A stretch of DNA of 64,000 nt from Flectonema sp. DT1601 (taxonomy: Eukaryota): assembly GCA_964019425.1 (NCBI GenBank), contig OZ025796.1:1178001-1242000 (forward strand). Direction: 5' to 3'. Positions 13,114-23,733 of this stretch are shown here, one piece after another. Every line of letters starts with the position of its first letter. Position 1 is the first letter of the stretch. Made by a program: the position numbers and the translations under genes. The notes beneath the pieces were generated by a model, which worked only from the letters and a program-made list of their open reading frames with translations, had not been told where the DNA came from and did not search any database.

Positions 13114-13373
13114 CCATGTTTGATTATTTCCTCTTCATATTTTTTTTCTTTTTTCTTTTCTTTCTTTTTCTTCTTTTTTTTCTCTGCCTCTCTCTTAATT
13201 CTGTTCGTTTCTTTGAAACGAAAATTCATTTGAATATTATTCCTTGGTCAGCAACCATCATTGTCGCCCTTTGGGCCTGTTAAAAAAAATAAAAAATAAA
13301 AAGAAAGTTTACATCGGGAATAGGGCAGGAGCCAAAAGCTCCCAGTCCGTTACTTCCCACTTTATCGAAATTC
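11176..13373 (+). repeat. Higher-order module, copy 2 (interrupted by the Sola-like element)
   Basis: 11176-11301 plus 13083-13373 rejoin to match copies 1 and 3. Confidence 0.88.
11302..13082 (-). mobile_element. Sola-like DNA transposon with long TIRs, decayed
   Basis: ~190-bp TIRs (about 11302-11490 and 12880-13082) with GAG...CTC termini flanked by ATAT. The empty site is visible in module copy 3. Minus-strand remnants read ISESTY...TDVCSYC, IIKLDYKE and QESSSHY*QQ, resembling Sola transposase motifs. Confidence 0.8.
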
Positions 13374-13737
13374 TTTTAAAAACAAGATCAGCTCAGCTTG
13401 ATCGTTAATTTTTTTTCTTTCTTTTTTGTTGGTCCTAGTCAAGACCTTAAACTGACTAACCGGTCTTAATTTTAAATAAGTGTTAACCTAGTTTCTCTTT
13501 TCCTTTTCATTTTCCTTTTAATTCTCTCTATCTGGTCTGTTATGTCATATTTCTCAATTAATTTTATCATCCATTTTACTTTTCACTGTTTCCCATCTAC
13601 ATTTTATTTTCAAATTGTTACGGTCTGTTAAAAAAAAAAAAAAAAAAGTTTAAATAAGTTAAATTGAACATGTTAACTCAATTCCTCAATTCTTCCGTCA
13701 TGGTCATGACATTCTTTTTCGTTTCTCTAATGCACAA

Positions 13738-13832
13738 GAGATACCATCACTCATGAGATACCAACGCACATACGAGATACCAGCACTCCAGAGATACCGA
13801 CACGCTAGAGATACCAAGTCACTTGAGATACC
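13738..13832 (+). repeat. Six GAGATACC octamers separated by 9-11-nt variable spacers
   Basis: Copies start at 13738, 13755, 13774, 13791, 13808 and 13825. Confidence 0.85.
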
Positions 13833-14452
13833 TCCTTGTAAATTAATTCCTGGTATTTCAAATTTGAATTGATAGTGTCAACTCTGCTTGCTGCTCTTGT
13901 TCATGTGTTGTCTCCTGAAAGTGATCTTAACTCCTATAAAAAGAAAAAAAAAAAAAAAGAAATCAAAAAAGAAGAATTTTCAAACGAAGTTATAAAAACC
14001 CCTACCACCCATTATGATCAATTCCGCTTGTTTTTTTTTTTTTTTTTAAAAACAAATAAAAAAAATAAAAAAAATTATAAAAGATCAAACAATGTTATCA
14101 TTGTTTTTTTTATCGATCGACTCTGTCGACTAATTTCTATTTTCCGTTTTTTTTTCTTTAAAAAATAAATAAAAAGAATTTAAAAAAAAAAAAAAAAAGA
14201 ATAAACAATGTTATCATTGTTTTTTTATCGATCGACTATGTCGATCACTTTCTATTTCCCGTCCTGGTCAGGACGCTAAACTGATTGTTTTTTCTTTAAA
14301 AATAAATAAAAAGAATAAAAAAAAAAAAAAAAAGGAATAAACAATGTTATCATTGTTTTTATTTTATCGATCGACTATGTCGATTACTTTCTATTTTCCG
14401 TCCTGGTCAAGACGCTAAACTGATTGTTTTTTCTTTAAAAAATAATAAGAAG

Positions 14453-14488
<36 letters not shown>

Positions 14489-15417
14489 ATAAACAATGTT
14501 ATCATTGTTTTTTTATCGATCGACTATGTCGATCACTTTCTATTTTTCGTCCTGGTCAAGACGCTAAACTGATTGTTTTTTCTTTAAAAATAATAAAAAG
14601 GATTTAAAAAAAAAAAAAAAAAAAAAAAAAGAATAAACAATGTTATCATTGTTTTTTTTTATCGATCGACTATGTCGATCACTTTCTATTTTCCGTCCTG
14701 GTCAAGACGCTAAACTGATTGTTTTTTTTTCAAAATTAATAAAAAAGAATATAAAAAAAATAAAAAAAAAAGAATAAACAATGTTATCATTGTTTTTTTT
14801 TTTATCGTTCGACTTTGTTGACTAATTTCTATTTTCCGTTTTTTTTCTTTTTAAAAAATAAATAAAAAGAATTTAAAAAAAAAAAAAAAAAAAAAAAGAA
14901 TAAACAATGTTATCATTGTTTTTTTTTCATCGATCGACTATGTCGATTACTTTCTATTTTCCGTCCTGGTCAAGACGCTAAACTGATTGTTTTTTTTTCA
15001 AAATTAATAAAAAAGAATATAAAAAAAAACAAAAACAAAAAGAATAAACAATGTTATCATTGTTGTTTTTTATCGTTCGACTTTGTCGACTAATTTTTAT
15101 TTTCCGTTTTTTTTTCTTTAAAAATAAATAAAAAGAATTTAAAAAAAAAAAAAAAAAAGAATAAACAATGTTATCATTATTTTTTTATCGATCGACTATG
15201 TCGATCGATAAAAAAACTTTCTATTTTCCGTCCTGGTCAAGACGCTAAACTGATTGTTTTTTCTTTAAAATAATAAAAAGGATTAAAAAAAAAAAAAAAA
15301 AAAAGAATAAACAATGTTATCATTGTTTTTTATCGATCGACTATGTCGATCACTTTCTATTTTCCGTCCTGGTCAAGACGCTAAACTGATTGTTTTTTCT
15401 TTAAAAAATAATTAAAA

Positions 15418-15449
<32 letters not shown>

Positions 15450-15875
15450 GATTAATCAATGTTATCATTGTTTTTTTATCGATCGACTATGTCGATCACT
15501 TTCAATTTTCCGTCCTGGTCAGGACGCTAAACTGATTGTTTTTTCTTTAAAAATAAATGAAAAGAATAAAAAAAAAAAAAAAAAAAAGGAATAAACAATG
15601 TTATCATTGTTTTTTTTTTATCGATCGACTATGTCGATTACTTTCTATTTTCCGTCCTGGTCAAGACGCTAAACTGATTGTTTTTTCTTTAAAATAATTA
15701 AAAGGATTTAAAAAAAAAAAAAAAAAAAAAAAAAGAATAAACAATGTTATCATTGTTTTTTTTCTATCGATCAACTATGTCGATTAATTTCTATTTTCCG
15801 TCCTGATCGAGACGCTAAACTGATTGTTTCCTTTTTTTAAATAATAAATAAAAAAAAAAAAAAAAAAAAAAAAAA

Positions 15876-16278
15876 GAGCATCTCCCTGCTATCCTCATAT
15901 CCCCACAATAATATTATACCTTTTCATTTTCTCTTTCCTTTTCTGGTCTTTTTTTTTTCTTTTTTTCCTTTTTCATACAACGTTTTTTATTTATATATTT
16001 TTTTTTTTTTTTTTTTTTCATGTTTGATTATTTCCTCTTCATATTTTTTTTTTCTATTCTTTCTTTTTTTTTTTTTTTTTTTTCTCTGCCTCTCTCTCAA
16101 TTCTGTTCGTTTCTTTGAAACGAAAATTCATTTGAATATTATTCCTTGGTCAGCAACCATCATTGTCGCCCTTTGGGCCTGTTAAAAAAAAAAAAAAATA
16201 ATAAAAAGAAAGTTTACATCGGGAATAGGGCAGGAGCCAAAAGCTCCCAGTCCGTTACTTCCCACTTTATCGAAATTC
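15876..16278 (+). repeat. Higher-order module, copy 3
   Basis: Matches 9170-9563; its 3' end joins the middle of the satellite GATCGAC-TAT-GTCGAT palindrome. Confidence 0.9.
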
Positions 16279-17385
16279 TGTCGATTACTTTCTATTTTCC
16301 GTCCTGGTCAAGACGCTAAACTGTTTTAAAAAATAAATAAAAAGAATTTAAAAAAAAAAAAAAAAAGAATAAACAATGTTATCATTGTTTTTTTATCAAT
16401 CGACTATGTCGATCACTTTCTATTTTCCGTCCTGGTCAAGACGCTAAACTGATTGTTTTTTTCAAAATTAATAAAAAAGAATATAAAAAAAAAATAAAAA
16501 AAAAAAAGAATAAACAATGTTATCATTATTTTTTCTATCGTTCGACTTTGTCGACTAATTTCTATTTTCCGTTTTTTTTCTTTAAAAAAATAAATAAAAA
16601 GAATTTTAAAAAACAAAAAAAGAATAAACAATGTTATCATTGTTTTTTTATCGATCGACTATGTCGATCACTTTCTATTTTCCGTCCTGGTCAAGACGCT
16701 AAACTGATTGTTTTTTTTTTTTCAAAACTAATTAAAAAGAATAAAAAAAAAAATTAAAAAAAAAAAAAGAATAAACAATGTTATCATTGTTTTTTTTATC
16801 GATCGACTCTGTCGACTAATTTCTATTTTCTTTTTTTTCTTTAAAAAATAAATAAAAAGAAAAAAAAAAAAAAAAAAAAGAATAAACAATGTTATCATTG
16901 TTTTTTTATCGATCGACTATGTCGATTACTTTCTATTTTCCGTCCTGGTCAAGACGCTAAACTGATTGTTTTTTTCAAAATTAATAAAAAAGAATATAAA
17001 AAAAAAAATAAAAAAAAAAGATTAAACAATGTTATCATTGTTTTTTTTATCGTTCGACCTTGTCGACTAATTTCTATTTTCCGTTTTTTTCTTTAAAAAT
17101 AAATAAAAAGAATTTAAAATAAAAAAAAAGAATAAACAATGTTATCATTGTTTTTTTATCGATCGACTATGTCGATTACTTTCTATTTTCCGTCCTGGTC
17201 AAGACGCTAAATTGATTGTTTCTTCTAAAAATAAATTAAAAAAAAAATATAAAAAAAAAAAAAAAAAAAAAAAAAGGAATAAACAATGTTATCATTGTTT
17301 TTATCGATCGACTTTGTCGACTAATTTCTATTTTCCGTCCTGGTCAAGACGCTAAACTGATTGTTTTTTCTAAAAATAAATAAAA

Positions 17386-17738
17386 GAGATTTTCGCTATT
17401 GGGGTGCCTGATAATGTCATTTTCGCTATTCACTAAAAGCAGTAACTTTTTTTTCGCTGTTCACTAGAAGTGATAATTTTTTTTCGCCGTTCAGTAAAAG
17501 AAAAATTTTTTTTTCGCTGTTCACTACTAGTTACAAATTTTTTTTCGCTATTCGCTAGAAGTTGAAATTTTTTTTTCGCTATTCACTACAAGTTATAAAT
17601 TTTTTTTCGCTATTCACTAGAAGTTGAAATTTTTTTTTCGCTGTTCACTACAAGTTACAAATTTTTTTTCGCTGTTCACTACAAGTTACAACTTTTTCCA
17701 CTGCCAAAAAAAATTTTTTTTTCCCCCCTTTTTTTTTT

Positions 17739-17769
<31 letters not shown>

Positions 17770-19820
17770 CTTTTTCTTCTTTTTCTTCTTTGCTGGGAAC
17801 ATGCTGGTACCTTGAACAATTTTTTTTGTCACTTGGACAAAAGCTTTGTGCCGTTTTACTTTCTATTCAGCACACTCATCTGTGGATTTATGATAATGGA
17901 TTGATTGAAAGCCAATAACACAAACGGTCAAAGATGTGATGACTTGGGAAATGATAAAAGTAATCTTTCTGGAACTTCTGCTCAGTACATGCAAATGCAT
18001 CTTGACACGCGGGAACCCTTCGGGCAGTACTGCGCTCTTGATAATTCAAAGTAGCCTTAAAAAAGCTCTCATGCCTGCATGAGTTAGATACCCTGATAAC
18101 CCGGTCAGAAACAGGAGTGTCGCTTGCGACCAGGCTGTCTGTAACTCGCAGGTGTCTTGACTTTGAAATTCGGTTGGAATGACGTGTAAGAGGACAACAG
18201 TTCTCTGTAAGGTGACCCAGCCCTGCACACATACCGTTCTTTGCATGCACTCAGTAAATTTTTCAGAGGCTGAGCACACTATCAGGACCTGACGAACAAC
18301 CCAACCTTTCCGTGAGTACTTGTCTTTGCTAATCTCGTCAAGCCAGATGAACATCATACAAACGTTATCTCAACATCCGTGTGCGGGTGTTATCTTCCTC
18401 ATCTCGGTTTAGCCCTGCACCATCTGCGGATTCTCGAAGGAAACTGGTCGGCTACGATGCTTCGTTCGGTAAAACGTACAAGTTCCTAATCATAAACGTT
18501 TTTCTTTCTCTCTAGGCTTTTACTCTTTTACTACGAACTCTTATTCTCAATCTCTAAGATGCCCGGAAACATAGTTGAAACTCAACCTGCTGCCACTGAA
18601 ACTCAGCCTGCCTCAGCTTTGGCTGACAAAGACCTAGTATTGAGGGAACCTTTCAATCCTTTGATGCACTTCGCGCGAGGGTAACCCTCGCTTCTTGTTC
18701 TTCGGGAAGGGGGTTTAAGACAAGCCACGTAGTGGGGAAAAGGGTGAACATTCACCTGCACAAACGCATGTGGGTGGAAAGTATGTGCCACAGCAACAGA
18801 CGAAGGTTGCTACCACATAACGCGTGTGGTTCTCCGGCACGACAGCACGTGTGCTGCTGGAGAAAGCAGCTCCTACGGTATGAAGAATACTGTCTCATAC
18901 CTTGCTGCTGAAAAGTGTAGGTATGCCTGCCTGCCTCATAATTGTATTCTGGTTGGTTACTATTAGTTTTTGCCACAACACTAAACATAGGTCTCTAGGA
19001 GAGAAATACACCGCGGCGTGTTTAATCGCAGACATGAAGGAGAAGGGGGTCGTGATAAAGAAGGACACCGCCTATCGCGCGCTGCAGAAGGCGGATAGGG
19101 AGATCAACGGGGATCCCCACGACGGGTACAAATTCTTAGAGTCGTGGTGCCGCGCAGCGGAGGTGGCAAACCCTGGGACTAAGTGGCACATTGCGGACAA
19201 GGACGGACGATTTTGTCATTTGTTCCTCGCCCTTTCGCAAAACATTGTCCCCAAGGTTTTGGGGTGACCGATGGGTGCTCCCTGAAAGGGTACTACGTCG
19301 GGAACTTTCTAACGTTGTTGGGCATGGATGCTTCTGGGCGAGAGTTCCCAGTTGCCTTTGCCATCACAGGAAACGAGAGCAAAAAAACCTGGGGATGGTT
19401 TTTTGACAAGTGTCGCAGCACGCTTGGTGAAGATTTTTTCGACGGGTATGCACTGATGTCAGACCAGCAGAAAGGCCTCGACACAGCGATGAAAAAGTCG
19501 TTCCAACCTGGCGGAGAGCTTTAACGCCTCCTTATTTTTTTCCATTTATTCACAGATTTGTATGAAAATGTTCAAGGATATTTTGGTGGCAAAAAAAGTG
19601 TCAATTTTTTTTTTTTTTTTTTTTGAATTTTTTTTTTTTTTTTTTTTTTCATGAACAGCGAAAAATTTTTTTTTTTTGTTACTGAATGGAGAAAAAAAAT
19701 TATCACATTCAGTGAATAGCGAAAAAAAATTATCACATTCAGTGAACAGCGAAAAAAAAAAAAATTCTTTTACTGAATAGCGAAAATGGAATTATTGGAC
19801 CCCCCAATAGCGAAAATCTC
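17386..19820 (+). mobile_element. Mutator-like (MULE/MuDR) foldback-type transposon, internally truncated
   Basis: 9-bp TSD TAAATAAAA at 17377-17385 and 19821-19829. TIRs GAGATTTTCGCTATTGGGG / CCCCAATAGCGAAAATCTC. ~31-bp subterminal tandem repeats in inverted orientation at both ends. Confidence 0.95.
18559..19524 (+). pseudogene. MuDR-type transposase remnant
   Basis: CTNACGWKV...HDSTC zinc DNA-binding domain, AYRALQKA...NPGT, DGCSLKG...GMDASGREFPVAFAI...NESKKTWGWF...MSDQQKGL. Frameshifted and truncated before the CxxH motif and catalytic Glu. Confidence 0.9.
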
Positions 19821-20104
19821 TAAATAAAAAGAATAAAAAAAAAAAAAAAAAAAAAAGGGAATAAACAATGTTATCATTGTTTTTTTTTATCGATCGACTA
19901 TGTCGATTAATTTCTATTTTCCGTCCTGGTCAAGACGCTAAACTGATTGTTTTTTTCTAAAAATAAATAAAAGGAATAAAAAAAAAAAAAAAAAAAAAAA
20001 AAGAATAAACAATGTTATCATTGTTTTTTTATCGATCGACTATGTCGATTACTTTCTATTTTCCGTCCTGGTCAAGATGCTAAACTGATTGTTTTTTTTT
20101 TTAA

Positions 20105-22029
20105 CCCATTAAGGACGGGGGGTCCACTACAGTGGTTATTTTGAAATTTTATTTTCGCTAAGGGGAAAACCCGGCTAACGCTACCCAGGGGGGGTGTAAT
20201 CGAGGCCGTTTCGCGACGAATCTTGGGTGGGATGGCGTGGTTCGCTGTGTTTTTATTCATGAAATTCAAAACTAATAATCAAAATTTTACCACCTAACAA
20301 GAAGTTTCGTCTGCCTGTTGAAATTGATACAAGTTTGGCGTCCTATGAAAGTCTGATGATGATGGATTCTGTATCGGAGTCGTCATCTGACAGCAACACA
20401 GCAAAGGTATCAAAGTGGGGGGGCAAAACCAAGAGAATCCCCAGGGAAAAACAGAAAGGATCTACCCAGAGTGTGAGCGACTTTAATGAAATGAGCGAAT
20501 TGAAGGCATCCAACTCATTTTCACTGATCATGTGCTTAAAATGATATTTCGACACACTCTTACCTACCCGATTGACAAAGAGACGTCCATGAAGTCACTA
20601 GAAGTTGGTGAACTGAAATGCTTTCTCCGTAATTTCCACACTGCTAACAAACACATTCCTGCTTCTTATGTCCATAGTCTTGTTAAACCCCATAATAATA
20701 AAGGGCATTGGGTGACGTTTGACAATTTCAATTCGTCATACGCATTTCTTGTTTTGATGTTGGCGAAAGGGTTCCACTGTGTTGGAACAGCCTGACGGAA
20801 CAGAAAGGGAGTTCTGTTGATGTTACAAAACCGAAGGCTACCCCCTACTAAGCAAATCGGAAGTGAAAGAAAGACCGAAGAATCTTTCTGCTTCTTACCT
20901 TCAGTCAAGCACGGCATCCACCATATAAAGTGGAGAGACTCAAAGGATGTGCATCTTTTCAGTACTCTTCCCCGCAGGGAGAGCCAAGGGTCGAGAACCC
21001 TGGAGATTACCTTTGTTTCTTTTTGTGACTGGATTGCAGTGGCGCAACCCATCACCCCACCTGTTGGTATCTTTTTATTTTTTTTATTTAAAGAAAAAAG
21101 CAGGCTAAGTCGCCTGAGCTGGCATCGCCAGAATATTTAACTTCACATGGCAATGTCAGCTCGTGAAGGGATCCAGTTGGATCAAAGGTTTTCTCCCCCC
21201 ACTCTATTTATCGTCATTGGTGCGCACCTTCGAACAGGAAGGCCAACATTGACGGAATTTTTTACTTCTCTTCCCAAGGTTGAACCTTGGGAAAAAAACA
21301 AACAATAAACACAGTGTAGACAAACACCCGCCGGACATCTGCAGAGCAGCGATCGATGTCGATGTCTTCGTTGTCGAACTTCCTGGCGTTTATGTTTTTG
21401 TTTTTAACAACAACACAACACCAACTAACAGGTTTGTCTCATTGCCCGTTCTTTCTTGTTTCCCTTTGCCGCCGGAAGAACGAAGGTCGACGGAGGTCCG
21501 AAGCATTGCTTGCGATGATGTTCCGGTATGTGTTGCGTCTCTGTTATTTGTTTGTTTCAACTCAATTGGTTCATCTCAGGTTTTAGAAGTCTTCGTCCTG
21601 TTCGATGGGAAGGGCCTGAACCAAAAGTTCACTGCCCCTATTCCTCTCCCAAATTTCTTATTCACGTGAGCACCGTGTCGATGTATATCGCTGGATTAGG
21701 AAGAGAAATAAAAAAGAAAAAGTGCCGATCAAACTACCGTGCAAGTAGACAGGTACACCAAGACGATGGGAGGTGCTAACCTGATGGATAGCGTGAAGGC
21801 AAGGGCGAACAGAAACCTTCAAACTAAACGATGGCATCTAAAGGTTTTCGACTACTTGCTGAAAGTTTCGATGTTCAACACGTTTACCCTTCAAAAGAAA
21901 TGCGGTAAGGATACTGGTACCTACATACGGTATGTGGAGGAGCTCGCTATGCAACTCGTCAGTGACGGGACGTCGAGAGACAAGACAACCAATACTACAT
22001 CTACTATTGACTCGGGTTCGCACTTTTCA
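20105..22029 (+). mobile_element. piggyBac copy 2, 3'-truncated, carrying a 691-bp insert
   Basis: TTAA at 20101-20104 plus left TIR. Colinear with copy 1 except the insert at 20973-21663. Homology ends at 22029 with no right TIR. Confidence 0.93.
20973..21663 (+). mobile_element. Non-coding, highly structured insertion; divergent homolog of part of the 1,540-bp repeat unit
   Basis: Absent from piggyBac copies 1 and 3, no clear TSD. Shares ordered blocks CAGGCTAAGTC, TAACTTCACAT, GATCCAGTKGGATCA, GTGCG, CCAACMTTGAC and the CAAAA hairpin with unit positions about 740-1201. Confidence 0.8.
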
Positions 22030-22569
22030 GTTTACCCGCCAGCTTCATGGTCTTGACTCCGTCAGTTATTGGGCTGCACGAAGAGAGATGATCCGGTGGT
22101 TGTATGTGCAGGATAGTGTGTTTCTCATTCGCAACCGGGAGAGTACCTTCTGCCTAGTAAGTGACGCAACATCTGTGACAGAAAACTCGTCAGCGCTACA
22201 CATCACTGCTGCTACAGCTACGACTGCATGCTATAGTCTTGCATGCAGACTGACACAGAGCCACCAAGCTCAATCATTCTGTGACACACTACGACGTGCG
22301 CTGCACCACTTCCAGCAGCTCGGAATCTTAATCACTGATCCGGCACCACCACCTCTGTCAACCTGCACGATTACCTCTGCGCTCAGTGATCGGGGTGGAT
22401 CAGAATACAGGGGGTTTAAATTATTTGACCAAGATGGCAATATCTGCCTCATCACAGGAAGGGTGATGGGTCACTGGGCACAAGCGATGCCCATTTAGTT
22501 GTCAAAGTGACATGTATGGCAAACTGTCCAGGTTTGACATTGCACAGCACCAACGGTACCATCTGGATA

Positions 22570-22768
22570 TCACTCACTTTTTTCACTAGAATTCACACAT
22601 TTTCACACATTTTCACACATTTTCACACATTTTCACACATTTTCACACATTTTCACAGGATTTCACTACCAGAAAGCAGCAAAAAATTAAGTGAAAAATC
22701 GTGAAAAATCGTGAAAAATCGTGAATTTTCGTGTAGCAAAGTGAAAAATCGTGAACACCTCCACCCTG
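22570..22768 (-). mobile_element. Solo transposon end with 10-bp subterminal repeats (hAT-like)
   Basis: (TTTCACACAT)x6 at 22591-22650 faces inverted (GTGAAAAATC)n at 22691-22755. Reverse strand begins CAGGGTGG, a hAT-type terminus. No partner end found. Confidence 0.45.
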
Positions 22769-23530
22769 CCGATCGCCTCAATGATGATTACGAACTTCTC
22801 TCCCTAGAATCTATGATGATGCGGGCTATCGTATCGGTTTGGTTCTGTGGTGGGCTGAGGGCTACCGATATTGTGCTTGTCTAATGTCCAAATGCCACTA
22901 CGATACATTCGAGGAAGTGACCAGCAAGTAGCTGACGTGGCTAGGAGGAGCCAGACAGACAAACCTGTCCCGCAGCCAAGTCAAAGACTAGAAATTGTCG
23001 TAAAGACGGAGAAAAGTATTTGAACGCTATAATTATGGCAAAATAACTTCACCAGAAACAGAGAAGAATATTAGGAATAATTAAACGGCCCGATTAGGTT
23101 CAACGGAACACCGGCGCCACCACGTGAGTGATACTCCCAACATCCCCAATGTTCCCCGAAGCAGATTTCGAAGACCAGCATCACTCCTTATGACATTGAG
23201 ATCGATGCTCATTGGTATCTCTTTTTTCACATGTTCCAGATCCACTCCAACTAATCTCATCATTGGTTCCGTTCCAACTTTCTCCTTCCAAGCTACACCT
23301 GATTAAAGATTATTGAGTGTGGTGAACACAGGGATAGAGAAATCTGATAAAGGGGAAATTGTTATCGTTCGAAAGGCAAGATGAATAGTAATTTTATTGC
23401 AGAAAATTGATCGGTGAATGAACATGTCAGCTGCAACGCTGACAATGACTTTTAATGATAGGATATGAGGAGCTATCAGAGTACCAACAGAACATCGTCA
23501 ATAGGAAGGAAATATTCCATTGGTAATCAT

Positions 23531-23733
23531 AAGAAATTGATATGTGACTTCAACGATCGTATCAAGCAGGTATACAACATCGAGTACCTCAAGTTCCTCC
23601 TCGATCATGGTTTGGTATTGAAGAAGGTTCACAGCTCAGCTACAAGTAAGCGCTTGGATGAAAAGGTCCATTGAATTGAACAGCGACTTCCGCCAGAAAC
23701 GCTACAAACGACTTCGACAAAGACCTCTACAAG
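23531..23733 (+). pseudogene. Fragment of Polinton/Maverick-type protein-primed family B DNA polymerase
   Basis: Across frameshifts reads KKLICDFNDRIKQVYNIEYLKFLLDHGLVLKKVH...WMKRSIELNSDFRQK/ATNDFDKDLYK, matching the pPolB region leading into motif B (KLxxNS). Confidence 0.7.

Larger units (their letters stand above)
5820..20104. repeat. ~100-130-bp satellite array interrupted by transposons and higher-order modules
   Basis: Monomer is A-tract-GAATAAACAATGTTATCATTGTTTTTTATCGATCGACTATGTCGATCACTTTCTATTTTCCGTCCTGGTCAAGACGCTAAACTGATTG. Blocks at about 5820-6374, 8114-9169, 10089-11175, 14070-15875, 16279-17385 and 19821-20104. Confidence 0.97.

Noticed and set aside
13738..13832. CRISPR array
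   Set aside because: Repeats of 8 bp and spacers of 9-11 bp are far too short; no cas genes; eukaryotic context.
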